64,000 nucleotides of DNA from Candidatus Heimdallarchaeum aukensis (GCA_021513695.1 CP084166.1:576001-640000), one strand, 5' to 3'; shown: positions 28,314-39,275, counted from the stretch's first letter. Notes: generated by a model from the letters alone, not told the origin. Translations and numbers: made by a program.

Positions 28314-30413
28314 TTATAGTAAAGGAATTAATCCTGCTCCACCGTTAATGAGCATTAGTAATCCCATAAAGATGGATGAGGTTAGACTCATTACTACTAG
28401 TAAAGTGTTTATTGATGGTCCTGCTGTATCTTTGAATGGATCTCCTACAGTATCTCCAGTTATTGCTGCTTTATGAGTTTGTGTTCCTTTTCCTCCTAGG
28501 TTTCCATCTTCTATCCATTTCTTTGCGTTATCCCAAGCTCCTCCTGCATTACTCATGAATATAGCAAACACGAAACCAGAGAGTATTGACCCTGCTAGAA
28601 ATGCACCTAAGGAAGCTACTCCGAAGAATATTCCTACAAGTAGTGGTAACATAATTGATATTATACTTGGTAGTATTAACTGTTTTAATGATCCTTTTGT
28701 AGCAATTGCGATTGTTTTTGAGAAATCTGCAGGTTCTTCTCCTGTTAGAATCTTTGGATTTTCTTTGAACTGTCTTCTTATCTCATCAACCATCTTTGCT
28801 GCGTTCTTCTGTACTCCTAAAATCAGTACTGCACTAAATAATGCTGGAGCCATAACTCCAAAGAATGCGCCTATTAACACATTTACTGATAGCAAGTTTA
28901 TTCCACTTTCTACTATTCCAGCTTCTTGAGCATATGAGAACATTAGTGCTACTACAGCTAGATTTGCAGCTCCTATTGCAAAACCTTTAGTAATTGCTTT
29001 GGCTGTGTTTCCTGCAGAGTCTAATCTATCAGCAATGCGAATAGTTTCTTCTCCTAAACCACCTTGTTCAGCGATAGCTCTTGAATTGTCTACAATTGGG
29101 CCATAGGCATCATTTGAAACAATGGTTCCTACAATAGCCAACATTCCTACTGCAGCCATTGCTACTCCAAATTGTGCATCAAGTAAGTAAGCTAAGAACA
29201 TAGCGATAATTATACCTACTCCTGGAGGCACAACGCTTATAAGTCCATAGGAAAATCCAGAAAGGATTACTAGTGCATCTCCCTCTTCAGCTGCTTTAGC
29301 AATGTTTCTTGTTGGAGGAAGATCATCTCTAGTAAAGTAGTCACTTGTCCAACCAATGACAATTCCGCTAGCAAGACCTAGTATAACAGCAAGATAGTTT
29401 CTCCACAGGCGACTAATATCTTCTTGAGTTAAGGAATTGTTCAAAGTCATAAGCCAGACAATAAATGCACCTAAAGCTGCAAATATCAAAGTAGCTAAAT
29501 AAGTTCCAAGGTTTAGAGAACGTCCAGGGTTATCAGAACTTATTATTTTGATAATGAAAATACCAATTAATGAAGCGATGAGTCCAATTCCTGAAAGCAC
29601 GAGAGGATAGACAATAAAAGTTTCTTTAGCAGCAGACAGAATAAGAGAATTAGCTAAAATCATAGCGGCAACAATGGAAGCTACATAAGAGTCAAATAGA
29701 TCAGAACCCATTCCAGCTAGATCTCCGACGTTATCTCCTACATTATCTGCAATTGTAGCAGGATTTCTTACATCGTCTTCAGGTAAGTCGAATTCACTCT
29801 TACCAACTAAATCTGCACCTACATCAGCTGTTTTAGTATATATTCCTCCACCACATTTCATGAACAGTGCAATTGTACTAGCTCCAAAACTGAACCCTAG
29901 TACCACATATGGTGATTGGAATATCCAGTACAATCCTGAAACACCTATTAGTGCAGCACCTACTACTGCTAAACCCATTACAGCTCCTCCGAAGAAAGCA
30001 ATGTCAAAACCTTTCTTTGTTCCTACAGTACAACCTTGTGCAGCTCTTGTATTTGCTTTTACTCCAACCATCATTCCTAACCAACCAGCAATCATACTTG
30101 CTGCTGAACCTATGAGATAAGATATAGCTTGCTCCCAGTTTAGATCTCCAGCAACAACAGGAACTTTATATTCTGTCATTTCAGAAGGTAAGAATAGTAG
30201 AATTACTAAGAATAGTATGAATACAAAGATGCTAAGCACTGTGTATTGAACCTTCAAGTAAGTTTCTGCCCCTTTTTCTATATAACCTGAAACTTCTTGC
30301 ATTTTTTCATTTCCAGGGTCTTCTTTCATGACTAAGAATGCGAAGAAAACCGCCATTCCTATCGAAATTACCCCTGCTATTAGCGATACAAGTAAAATTA
30401 ACGGTACAGCCAT
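28314..30413 (-). CDS. hppA: membrane-bound proton/sodium-translocating inorganic pyrophosphatase
   Basis: GGIYTKTADVGADLVGK, DNVGDNVGD, GNTAKAITKGFAIGAA and DTVGDPFKDTAGPS signature blocks; 699 aa, polytopic. Confidence 0.92.
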   Translation of the reverse strand: MAVPLILLVSLIAGVISIGMAVFFAFLVMKEDPGNEKMQEVSGYIEKGAETYLKVQYTVLSIFVFILFLVILLFLPSEMTEYKVPVVAGDLNWEQAISYLIGSAASMIAGWLGMMVGVKANTRAAQGCTVGTKKGFDIAFFGGAVMGLAVVGAALIGVSGLYWIFQSPYVVLGFSFGASTIALFMKCGGGIYTKTADVGADLVGKSEFDLPEDDVRNPATIADNVGDNVGDLAGMGSDLFDSYVASIVAAMILANSLILSAAKETFIVYPLVLSGIGLIASLIGIFIIKIISSDNPGRSLNLGTYLATLIFAALGAFIVWLMTLNNSLTQEDISRLWRNYLAVILGLASGIVIGWTSDYFTRDDLPPTRNIAKAAEEGDALVILSGFSYGLISVVPPGVGIIIAMFLAYLLDAQFGVAMAAVGMLAIVGTIVSNDAYGPIVDNSRAIAEQGGLGEETIRIADRLDSAGNTAKAITKGFAIGAANLAVVALMFSYAQEAGIVESGINLLSVNVLIGAFFGVMAPALFSAVLILGVQKNAAKMVDEIRRQFKENPKILTGEEPADFSKTIAIATKGSLKQLILPSIISIMLPLLVGIFFGVASLGAFLAGSILSGFVFAIFMSNAGGAWDNAKKWIEDGNLGGKGTQTHKAAITGDTVGDPFKDTAGPSINTLLVVMSLTSSIFMGLLMLINGGAGLIPLL

Positions 30414-30577
30414 TTTTTATACTCCTATTTTTTTCTTCTTTTCCGTATCATACACCCGTATTTAAAATTTGTGCAAATAAAAATTAATATGATTAACAGT
30501 TTTTTTAATAAAATAATTCATGTTAAATGGTTCAAAGATGAAGAAAAAAAGCGTTTAGGATATATGAAAAGAAAAAA

Positions 30578-31834
30578 TCATTTTAGTTTTTTCTTTAACT
30601 CTCTTACAAATAAAAATACAGTTAATACTGTAGCCCCCAAGGCAAGTAAAAACAAATAAATTAAAGTTATCTCAAATGGAGAATTATCTAGAAAATATCC
30701 AAAAGACCAAGGAAATACGGCTGCTAAAGTATTAGGTATTGCAAACAAGAAACCAAGTGCCGTTGATCTATTCCTTTGATGTACTTCTTCTGTTACATAT
30801 TTTGTACTTGCTGCACTACTAAAGTGTAAAAAGGCTATAAAAGTAAAGTACAACATTATTATTCCCCATGTACCAGCATTTTTTCCTAATAGAAAAATAA
30901 GTAAAATCGATACTGATGAACCTGCTAAAGAGATTAACATTGTTAAAGGAGCGTTCTTTTTATCACTTAATATTCCTCCAAAAATTGCAGTTAAACCTCC
31001 AATAATTAGCATAACAGAAGATAACCATCCAGCATTTAGAATACTATAATTGTAATAATCCACAAATATTATGCTTAGAAATTGTGTAACTATTTTATAC
31101 AACCCTGATCTGAGTGAGGAATAAGCTAAACATGTAATCACTGCTAATGTAAGTACTGCAAAGAACTCAAATTTTAGCCAATAAAGAATTCTTTCTTTTG
31201 TTGATAACGAACTTCTTCTCTTCTCAATTTCTTCTAGTTCTTCTTTTTCAAAACTGTAATTAATTAATTTATTAAATCCTATAAACATCAGAAAAGCTAA
31301 AACAATTGCTCCTGTTCCAAAAAAGAGAAAGAATTTCCTCCATCCAATCCATTCACTAAATGAAGCTACTATTCCTGGGGTAAGTGCTGTTCCTATCATT
31401 CCTAATGCTGCATTTAGAGCCATTGTCAATCCTTTTTTATTCTCATAAAGATCAGCTATTGCTGCATAAGCTACAGGATGATAAAATGATGCACCAAAAC
31501 CTACAGTTGCTGCTGCAAGAGCTAATGTAGAATAGTTTTGAGCTACTGAAGCTATTATTAGATGTAAAGCCATGAAAAATACACCTAAAGGAACAAACAG
31601 TTTTTTACTTGCTAGCCATTTATCGCCTAGTACTCCTACAGCAAAAGTACAAAGTGCAAAAACTACCATCTGAATAGTTGCCAACAAACCAATTTGTTTA
31701 TTGTTCATTACTATATCATTTCTTATGACAAACATTGCTGCTCCAAATACATAAGCATAGAAATGGTTTAGGAAATGACCAAAAATCAAGATACTTAATG
31801 AAGCAATAGGATTTTTACTGTGTATCCGCGACAT
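30578..31834 (-). CDS. MFS transporter
   Basis: 12 predicted TM helices in 6+6 arrangement; GxLxDKWxxxK-like motif between TM2 and TM3. Confidence 0.7.
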   Translation of the reverse strand: MSRIHSKNPIASLSILIFGHFLNHFYAYVFGAAMFVIRNDIVMNNKQIGLLATIQMVVFALCTFAVGVLGDKWLASKKLFVPLGVFFMALHLIIASVAQNYSTLALAAATVGFGASFYHPVAYAAIADLYENKKGLTMALNAALGMIGTALTPGIVASFSEWIGWRKFFLFFGTGAIVLAFLMFIGFNKLINYSFEKEELEEIEKRRSSLSTKERILYWLKFEFFAVLTLAVITCLAYSSLRSGLYKIVTQFLSIIFVDYYNYSILNAGWLSSVMLIIGGLTAIFGGILSDKKNAPLTMLISLAGSSVSILLIFLLGKNAGTWGIIMLYFTFIAFLHFSSAASTKYVTEEVHQRNRSTALGFLFAIPNTLAAVFPWSFGYFLDNSPFEITLIYLFLLALGATVLTVFLFVRELKKKLK

Positions 31835-31974
31835 TCTATCTCTTCCACTACTTTTGATGTTAATTTTTGAATATTATTTTTAAACTTTTTTTTGAACGAA
31901 GTTTCCTAGATAAAAAAATTTAAACATGCAAAGAAGAGAATATATTAGAAACAATTGATTAACTACGATATTGG

Positions 31975-32547
31975 TTGAACTCCATGACAGAAAAACAGTT
32001 TATTTTCAAAATTGTACTTATTGGTGATGGCGCAGTAGGAAAAACTTCTATTAGAATGCAATATATGGGATACGGATTCAATACCAGTCATCTTATGACC
32101 CTGGGAGCAGATTTTTCATCTATTGATAAAGAAATTATTCCTAACGAAAAATGGAAATTTCAAATTTGGGATTTAGCAGGACAACAAATGTTTGAACAAG
32201 TTCGAGCTCGTTTTTACAAAGGAGCTCAGGGTGCCTTACTTGTCTTTGATATCACTCGCCCTTCCTCTTTTCAAAACCTTCCCATGTGGTTAAACGAATT
32301 GTATAAATTCAACGGATCAGGAGTTGTCCCTGTTGTAGTCCTTGCTAATAAGAGTGATTTGAGAGATAGAAAAAGTGTTAAATTCAAACATGTAGAAAAA
32401 TATGTTTCTGAATTAAATCTGCGTACCCAACGCTATGGTGTAACTAATTATTGTTTAGAAACAAGTGCCAAGACTGGATTAAACATCGATAGAGCTTTTG
32501 AAATTCTCGGGAGAAGCATTCGAGATAAATCAAGCAAAAAAACATAA
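31975..32547 (+). CDS. Rab/Ras-like small GTPase (canonical motifs)
   Basis: G1 GDGAVGKTS; switch I TLGADF; G3 WDLAGQ; G4 LANKSDL; G5 ETSAK. Confidence 0.8.
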   Translation: MNSMTEKQFIFKIVLIGDGAVGKTSIRMQYMGYGFNTSHLMTLGADFSSIDKEIIPNEKWKFQIWDLAGQQMFEQVRARFYKGAQGALLVFDITRPSSFQNLPMWLNELYKFNGSGVVPVVVLANKSDLRDRKSVKFKHVEKYVSELNLRTQRYGVTNYCLETSAKTGLNIDRAFEILGRSIRDKSSKKT

Positions 32548-32628
32548 TACCCAATACATTAATTTTTTATACTTTAAGTGATTCTTTTAAGTATATACTA
32601 ATAAACGAAAGATTCTGAGGAAAAACCA

Positions 32629-33195
32629 ATGCTCACATTTAAGATCCTTTTTATAGGCGATAATAGCGTAGGTAAAACTACTTTATTTAAAAAAATTGTT
32701 CAAAATGAAAAAAATAAAGAAAAGATCCCTTCTCTAAAAGCAGAAATAGTAAAAGTTTATCGTACAATCCAAGGAGAAGAAGTAGCTTTTGAACTATATG
32801 ATTTACCTGCGAGAGAACTTTTATCATCTCCTCAAAGAACAAAATGGTATTTAGGGACTGATGGAGCGTTTATAGTTTTTGACATTACAAAAGCAGAAAC
32901 GTTCAGAAGAGTAACATTCTGGCTAGAACAATTAATAAATTATAACAGAAAAGGGAAGATACCTATAGTATTAGTAGGTAATAAAATAGATATGAGAGAC
33001 AATCCTAATGTGAGAAATAGGACACTAAACCCTATAGATGCTCAAGCTTTCTGTCTTCGACTAAATCGTACATCAGCTAGAGAAGGAATTAATAATGAAT
33101 TCTTCGAAGTCTCAGCAATCTCAGGGAAAGGTTTAACTCAATTACTTGATGCATTAGCTAAAAATATTTATAACCATCACAAAAAAATAAAATAG
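32629..33195 (+). CDS. small GTPase paralogue with degenerate switch I/II (G3 = DLPARE)
   Basis: G1 GDNSVGKTT, G4 VGNKIDM and G5 SAISGKG are intact. Switch I reads SLKAEI and the DxxGQ motif is replaced by YDLPARE (no Gly, no catalytic Gln). Confidence 0.7.
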   Translation: MLTFKILFIGDNSVGKTTLFKKIVQNEKNKEKIPSLKAEIVKVYRTIQGEEVAFELYDLPARELLSSPQRTKWYLGTDGAFIVFDITKAETFRRVTFWLEQLINYNRKGKIPIVLVGNKIDMRDNPNVRNRTLNPIDAQAFCLRLNRTSAREGINNEFFEVSAISGKGLTQLLDALAKNIYNHHKKIK

Positions 33196-33227
33196 GAAAC
33201 ATAGCTCTACTCGGAGATAAGATTTGA

Positions 33228-33773
33228 ATGTTTTTAGTCGCTCACATTGGATATACTTTATTAACTGCTGAAATACTCGCACACCTATATTATTGGTTGT
33301 TCTTAAAGAAAAAGAATTTGGAGCCTACAGATAGTTGGGGAATAGTTCATTTTGCTTTTCTACCCCTCATAATAGGTGCTCTTGGTCCAGACATTATTGA
33401 TAAATTAATTTCAGAACCTATAACAGGTTATGGCAGGTATATTGGACATTCTATTCCGTTCGCTATATTGATATTTATTTTATTTATAGCCATTTTTTGG
33501 AAGAAACCAACAGTTTATTCAGCTTTGATTCTTGGGTGGATAATGCACATCATTCTGGATACAGCAGGTTTTATTCCCTGGTTTTTCCCTTTTGTAGAAT
33601 ACAACTTTCAATCAAAAACTCAAACATATATTGAGCTTCTTTTTCAACCATATGTTTACAATAACGAAATTGGAGGATTCCTGTGCATACTTTTTCTCGC
33701 AGTTCTTTACTTTAGAAGAGGTTTTACTCTCAGATCTTTTATTCAACATATCTTTACTTTCTCTCCTAAATAA
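33228..33773 (+). CDS. DUF457-like membrane-bound metal-dependent hydrolase family protein
   Basis: Small polytopic protein with conserved His residues (MFLVAHIGY..., GHSIPF, MHIILDTAGF). Confidence 0.35.
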   Translation: MFLVAHIGYTLLTAEILAHLYYWLFLKKKNLEPTDSWGIVHFAFLPLIIGALGPDIIDKLISEPITGYGRYIGHSIPFAILIFILFIAIFWKKPTVYSALILGWIMHIILDTAGFIPWFFPFVEYNFQSKTQTYIELLFQPYVYNNEIGGFLCILFLAVLYFRRGFTLRSFIQHIFTFSPK

Positions 33774-33825
33774 TTTGAATAGATTTAAATAGTAGTCCAT
33801 TACTACTATAGTAGTAATAGGGCGA

Positions 33826-35067
33826 TTGAGTATGAAATATTGCACAAAATGTGGAACAAAAACACCAGAAGATGCAGTTTTTTGTTATGTATGTGGAACA
33901 AAAATTGATGATCTATCTGTTGATTTACAAAAATCAACAAAGGACAAAGTAAGCGATCACAGACATTACTATCCTCACTCTTCACAACAAATAGATGATA
34001 AATACTACAAAGATTATACCCACAAAGAACACGTTTTTCTTAAAATCTTAGCTATTGTCTTTATAATTGGAATGATCACTGCTTCTATTTCTTTATTTGC
34101 TGTTTTCAGCTCTTTCAGAATGGATGTCATTGGTACTCAAAATTACTATTTAGAAGAAGCAAACTCTAATGAAGTTTTTCTAAATATTTACAACGGTATT
34201 GGAGACATAGACATTATCTTTACTGATGATACAGACATAATGGTCGAAATAAATGTAATCGTATTAGGCAGAAAAAATGTTGATGAGTCAGAATTTGCGG
34301 AATTTAAAATAAATGATTATGAGAAAAATCTTACCATTGAGTTTGATTCTGGAGAACAAATCTTTTCTTTCTTTAATAAGAAAATTCTTGAATATGATAT
34401 TAGCATTACTTTAAACTCTAAACTAGTTCTATATGCAGATGTTCAGATGGAAACGGGAGACTTTTACTTGGACATCAATTGCCAAACAGCTAATATAAAC
34501 AATTTAAATATTGTAACAAAGACAGGTGATGTTAGCATTTATGCATATTCCACGGAAAATGTAACAATCAACAACGTATATCTAGTTTCCACAACTGGAC
34601 AAATTCAGTTTAGTTTAAGTGATGAAGGAGCAAATTACATCAGCAATGTATTTGCAACCACAACCACAGGAAAAATATTTTTCGATTTTGGTAGGAATAG
34701 TATATACAATGGAAATGAAATAGAACTTACAACAACTACAGGAAAAATAGTCCTATACTGCACTAACATGCAATATTTAGAAAATGTTACTTGGTTAATT
34801 TCTACAAGTACAGGTTCGGTTTATGCAAATATCACTCAAGATTTTATCATTGAAAAACAATTACAAATTTCTTTCTTTATTACAGTTAATACTGGGTCAA
34901 TAGAAATTCTTGCTGAATTCCACGATGATATTGGTTACCTTTTCGAAGCAACAACTGATACTGGAACAATTACAATTCCTGAACAATCTCCAAATTATGA
35001 TACTGCTTTAAACAAGTATTATTTTTCCTTAAGCACTGACACTGGAAACATAATGGCAGAATTGTAA
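33826..35067 (+). CDS. zinc-ribbon - TM - DUF4097-like beta-repeat (putative adhesin-fold) protein
   Basis: CTKCGTK...CYVCGTKI at the N-terminus, one TM helix, then repeated TTTGKI / STSTGSV / TDTGTI beta-strand motifs. Confidence 0.5.
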   Translation: MSMKYCTKCGTKTPEDAVFCYVCGTKIDDLSVDLQKSTKDKVSDHRHYYPHSSQQIDDKYYKDYTHKEHVFLKILAIVFIIGMITASISLFAVFSSFRMDVIGTQNYYLEEANSNEVFLNIYNGIGDIDIIFTDDTDIMVEINVIVLGRKNVDESEFAEFKINDYEKNLTIEFDSGEQIFSFFNKKILEYDISITLNSKLVLYADVQMETGDFYLDINCQTANINNLNIVTKTGDVSIYAYSTENVTINNVYLVSTTGQIQFSLSDEGANYISNVFATTTTGKIFFDFGRNSIYNGNEIELTTTTGKIVLYCTNMQYLENVTWLISTSTGSVYANITQDFIIEKQLQISFFITVNTGSIEILAEFHDDIGYLFEATTDTGTITIPEQSPNYDTALNKYYFSLSTDTGNIMAEL

Positions 35068-35136
35068 TCTTATGCAGCATTTTTTTCTTTTTTTTGATTA
35101 CAATAAATTAAAAAATGTTCAAAATTAGTTTTTCAT

Positions 35137-36282
35137 ATGACCGATAAATACATTGAACAAATTAGAGAAGATTCTCCTACTTTGAACCAAGTAGCTTTTT
35201 TGAATCATGCGAGCACAGCTCCTTTACATGGAAGAACACAGCAAGCTTTCTATGATTATTTGAATCAATGGTCTAAATACAATTTTACTGAATCAAGAGA
35301 AAAAAGTCAACTCGCTCGTGAAGAATTTGCTAAATTAATTGGAGCTTCAAAAGAAGAAATTCTTTTTACTTCTGATGTTACTCAAGGAACTAATTTAGCA
35401 GTTCACATGTTAGATTATGATGAAAAAAGCAATATTGTCTGCTATTGGAATGATTATGCAGGACAAGTACATAGTGCCCTTTTCTTGCAAAAAAAGAAAA
35501 ATATAGAGTATAGACCTGTTCCAGATCGAGATGGATACATTTATCCTGAGGACTTTGCAGAAAAAATAGACAAAAACACTAAAATTGTTCTTTTGTCTCA
35601 TGTTCAATGGATTACTGGATTTAAGTCTGATATCAAGGAGATAGCTAAAATCGCTCACGAAAACGGTGCAATGATTTTAGTCGATGTAATTCAAAGTTCG
35701 GGTGTTCTCAAGATCGATGTTAGAGATTGGGATATTGATTTTCTTACTTCGGGTGTAGCTAAATGGCTTTTAGGACCTAATCAAACAGGTTTTTTCTATA
35801 TGAGAAAAAGATTCATTGATGAATACGATCCTCCTTTTCCAGGTTACCAAGGAGCAGATTATGGCTCTATTGAGTCTCCTTATTGGAATGTTAAAAAAAT
35901 ACAATACAGAGAAGGGATAGATAAGTTTCAAATTGCAAACATAGGTCCAATGATGTATCAAATTGCCTACGAAGGAATGAAAATAATCACTGATTATGGA
36001 ATAGAAAAAGTAGAGAAAAGAGTTTTAGAACTAACTGCTTATCTTATTAAGAGAATCCAAAATTTAGGCAATTATGAGCTTTTAAGTCCTGTTGAAGATA
36101 AGTATAGAGCTGGGATTGTTAATTTCAAAGTTGATAAAAACATTGAGATAGCCAAAAAACTTGCAGAAGAAAAGATAGTTGTTTCTCCAAGATATGGAGG
36201 AATCAGGATTAGTCCTCATTTCTATAATACAAAGGAAGACTTAGACAAATTTATTGAAAAATTCAAATCTATAAAGAAATAG
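35137..36282 (+). CDS. class V PLP-dependent aminotransferase (cysteine desulfurase/kynureninase-like)
   Basis: TSGVAKWLLGPNQTGFFY with the PLP-Lys in the SxxK(W)xxGP context typical of class V. Confidence 0.65.
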   Translation: MTDKYIEQIREDSPTLNQVAFLNHASTAPLHGRTQQAFYDYLNQWSKYNFTESREKSQLAREEFAKLIGASKEEILFTSDVTQGTNLAVHMLDYDEKSNIVCYWNDYAGQVHSALFLQKKKNIEYRPVPDRDGYIYPEDFAEKIDKNTKIVLLSHVQWITGFKSDIKEIAKIAHENGAMILVDVIQSSGVLKIDVRDWDIDFLTSGVAKWLLGPNQTGFFYMRKRFIDEYDPPFPGYQGADYGSIESPYWNVKKIQYREGIDKFQIANIGPMMYQIAYEGMKIITDYGIEKVEKRVLELTAYLIKRIQNLGNYELLSPVEDKYRAGIVNFKVDKNIEIAKKLAEEKIVVSPRYGGIRISPHFYNTKEDLDKFIEKFKSIKK

Positions 36283-36380
36283 AAGTAGATTATCTCTATC
36301 TTACTTTTTTTGATGCTTACTAATTTTTCTGCCTAAATTTTATATAGTAGTACCATTTTATCCTCTTAATACAAATACAT

Positions 36381-39275
36381 ATGACCAATACGGGTGATTT
36401 AAAAGTGAAAAAAAAGAAACTTGAAGAGCCTGAGGAAGTAAAAGAAGAAGTTTATTGGCATGCGTTAAAAAAAGAAGAAGTCTTTAAGCGCTTGAATACT
36501 TCTGAAAATGGACTTAGCTCTGAAGAAGTCTCAAAAAGACACGAAATATACGGTTTAAACAAGATTGTAATTAAAGAACGTTTTAAAATTCTAAAAATGA
36601 TTATTGAACAATTTCAAGATTTCCTTGTACTCTTACTAGTTGTAGCTGGCACCATAAGTTTAGGTGTAGGTATTTCATATTCTTCTCCTGGAAATATTTC
36701 TACAGAGATCTATGATGCTATTGCCATTTTTGCAATAGTATTACTTAATGCTAGTATAGGATTTGTTCAAGATTACAAGTCTAATCAAGCTTTAGAAAAA
36801 CTAAAAGAGTATTTCGAGCAAGATGTGGTTACTATAAGGAACGGAAAAGAGTTCATTGTTCCTTCTTCAGATCTTGTTCCTGGAGATATAATTGTAATAG
36901 AGGCAGGAGACAAAATCCCAGCAGATTGTAGAATTTTACAATTAAACAATTTAAAAATAGATGAAGCCCCCCTTACTGGAGAATCAAAATCTATAACCAA
37001 GAGCCTAGATCTTGTAGACAAAGATGCAAGAATACACGATAGAAAAAATATGGTTTTTATGGGTACGACTTGTGTTTATGGAAGAGCTAAACTTGTAGTA
37101 GTAAAAACTGGAATGGAAACAGAGATGGGTGAGATCGCCAAACTTACACAAGTTAAAACAGAGATGACTCCTTTACAGAAATCTCTTGATAGGTTTGGTA
37201 AAAGTTTAGGTGCGATAATTCTAGCTTTATCTGCTGTTATTATGATTGTTGAAATTATTTCTGAGATTCATTTTTATGGTTCAGAGAAAACAATCTTCGA
37301 GATTATATTTGAGAGCTTTGAAACCGCTATTGCTTTAGCTATTTCTGCTGTTCCTGAAGGTTTGGCCGCAGCGATAGTTATTACCTTAGCAATAGGAGTT
37401 TCACGTATGGCTAAAAAACGTACAATAGTTTCTAGATTACCAGCGGTTGAAACTTTAGGAAGCGTTAACTACATTTGCTCTGATAAAACAGGAACATTAA
37501 CCAGAAATGAGATGACTGTTAAAGAGATATGGACACCAGATGACAAATATATTGAAGTGGAAGGAAGCGGATATCTAAAAGAAGGAAGATTTATGCAAGA
37601 AGATAAAGTCTTCGATCCTTCAAAATCACCATCGCTAATGAAAGTGTTAGAAATTTCTTATCATTGCAACAATTCTTCTTTGATAAGAAACGGTAATTCT
37701 ATCCAAGTCAGAGGTGACCCTACCGAAGCTGCTCTTCTAGTTGTTGCTGAAAAAGGAGGATTGACTGAAGCTGATAAAAAAGAGAGAATTCATGAACTAT
37801 TTTTTGACAGTGACAGAAAAAGAATGACTACAATCCACAAAGATGGCGAAAAGAATATTGCACTCATGAAAGGTTCTCCACCCATTGTTTTACAAAGATG
37901 TAAATATATTTTAATTAATGGTAAAGTTGAACCTTTAACCGCAGAAATACAAAAGTCTATAGAAGAAGCTAACGTTAACATGTCATCTAAAGCTCTTCGA
38001 GTTTTGGCAATGGCTTACCGCGAGGTTCCTGATGACTTTGACAGAGATGATTATGACTCTATAGAAGTAGATATGATTTTTGTAGGATTAACAGGAATGA
38101 TTGACCCAGCAAGACCAAACGTAAAAGAAGCTATACAAGAGTGCAAAGAAGCTGGTATAACTACAATCATGATTACTGGAGATCAAAAAGAAACTGCTGT
38201 AGCTGTAGCCAAAGAAATAGGAATACTAACTTCTGAAGATGAACTAGTTGTAAATGGAGAAGAATTAGACCTAATGACTGAAGAAGAGTTAGTAGAGAAA
38301 ATAGAGAAAATAAAAGTCTATAGTAGAATGAGTCCCAAAGATAAATACAGAGTGGTCGAGACCTTACAAAAATTAGACAATTTTGTTGCTGTAACTGGAG
38401 ATGGAGTAAATGATGCTCCTGCACTAAAGAAAGCTGATATCGGTGTTGCTATGGGAATCACTGGAACTGATGTAACTAAAGAAGTTGCAGATATGGTTAT
38501 TACAGACGATGCTTTTAACACAATAGTTGATGCAGTAGAAGAAGGAAGAAATATCTTTGCTAACATGAAGCGATTTATAAGATACACTTTAAGTAGTAAT
38601 TTTGATGAATTGTTTGCAGTGTTACTTATTACTTCTTGGTTAGGAGTTTTACCCTTTACCCCCTTACAAATTCTGTTCCTTAACTTATTAACTGATGCCT
38701 TACCAGCTTTAAGTTTATCCTTTGAACCATATGATCCAAAGTTGATGAAGAGACCTCCAAGAGGAAAACATGATTCATTCCTTCGAGAAATGTATTCTTT
38801 CGCAGTTATTTCAGGTATAGTTGCTTTCTTTGCATCTGTTTCAATGTTCTTACTAGTATATTTCCACATGGGTCCTCAAAAGTTCGGTTCAATAGACATC
38901 CCAGAGAACAAGGACCAAATAGTAGCTTATGCCCAATTTATGGCTTTCATTGTAACCCTTACATTTGAATTAGTTTTCGTGTTCATAGCTAGAAATGACA
39001 ACGATGTCAAAGTCTATGAGACTAATCCTTTCAAGAACAAGATGCTCATCTGGGCAGTTATTAGCTCTGTTGTGTTACTTGCCTTAGTAATTTTCATTCC
39101 TGTGCTTCAAAGTATTTTCACTTCGTTCGACAACTATTACTATGTTCCTGATCTGGTAGACTGGGCATGGATAGCTCTCTTCACTGTCGGATTCAATATT
39201 ATTATTGAACTCTTCAGAGAACTTATGATGACAAAGAAGATGAGTAAAATCGCTCACAAAATTGGTTTTGCCTAA
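36381..39275 (+). CDS. P-type cation-transporting ATPase (type II, Ca2+/Na+-ATPase-like)
   Basis: Phosphorylation site CSDKTGTLT; TM4 PEGL; MITGDQKETA; hinge TGDGVNDAPALKKADIGVAMG; 10 TM helices. Confidence 0.92.
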   Translation: MTNTGDLKVKKKKLEEPEEVKEEVYWHALKKEEVFKRLNTSENGLSSEEVSKRHEIYGLNKIVIKERFKILKMIIEQFQDFLVLLLVVAGTISLGVGISYSSPGNISTEIYDAIAIFAIVLLNASIGFVQDYKSNQALEKLKEYFEQDVVTIRNGKEFIVPSSDLVPGDIIVIEAGDKIPADCRILQLNNLKIDEAPLTGESKSITKSLDLVDKDARIHDRKNMVFMGTTCVYGRAKLVVVKTGMETEMGEIAKLTQVKTEMTPLQKSLDRFGKSLGAIILALSAVIMIVEIISEIHFYGSEKTIFEIIFESFETAIALAISAVPEGLAAAIVITLAIGVSRMAKKRTIVSRLPAVETLGSVNYICSDKTGTLTRNEMTVKEIWTPDDKYIEVEGSGYLKEGRFMQEDKVFDPSKSPSLMKVLEISYHCNNSSLIRNGNSIQVRGDPTEAALLVVAEKGGLTEADKKERIHELFFDSDRKRMTTIHKDGEKNIALMKGSPPIVLQRCKYILINGKVEPLTAEIQKSIEEANVNMSSKALRVLAMAYREVPDDFDRDDYDSIEVDMIFVGLTGMIDPARPNVKEAIQECKEAGITTIMITGDQKETAVAVAKEIGILTSEDELVVNGEELDLMTEEELVEKIEKIKVYSRMSPKDKYRVVETLQKLDNFVAVTGDGVNDAPALKKADIGVAMGITGTDVTKEVADMVITDDAFNTIVDAVEEGRNIFANMKRFIRYTLSSNFDELFAVLLITSWLGVLPFTPLQILFLNLLTDALPALSLSFEPYDPKLMKRPPRGKHDSFLREMYSFAVISGIVAFFASVSMFLLVYFHMGPQKFGSIDIPENKDQIVAYAQFMAFIVTLTFELVFVFIARNDNDVKVYETNPFKNKMLIWAVISSVVLLALVIFIPVLQSIFTSFDNYYYVPDLVDWAWIALFTVGFNIIIELFRELMMTKKMSKIAHKIGFA

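Noticed and set aside
28555-30120. Plus-strand ORFs of 124, 86 and 68 aa inside the H+-PPase gene
   Set aside because: Shadow ORFs antisense to a strongly conserved gene; no motifs.
38173-38869. Minus-strand ORFs of 83 and 183 aa within the P-type ATPase
   Set aside because: Antisense shadows; the 183-aa translation is Ser/Thr/Ala low-complexity.
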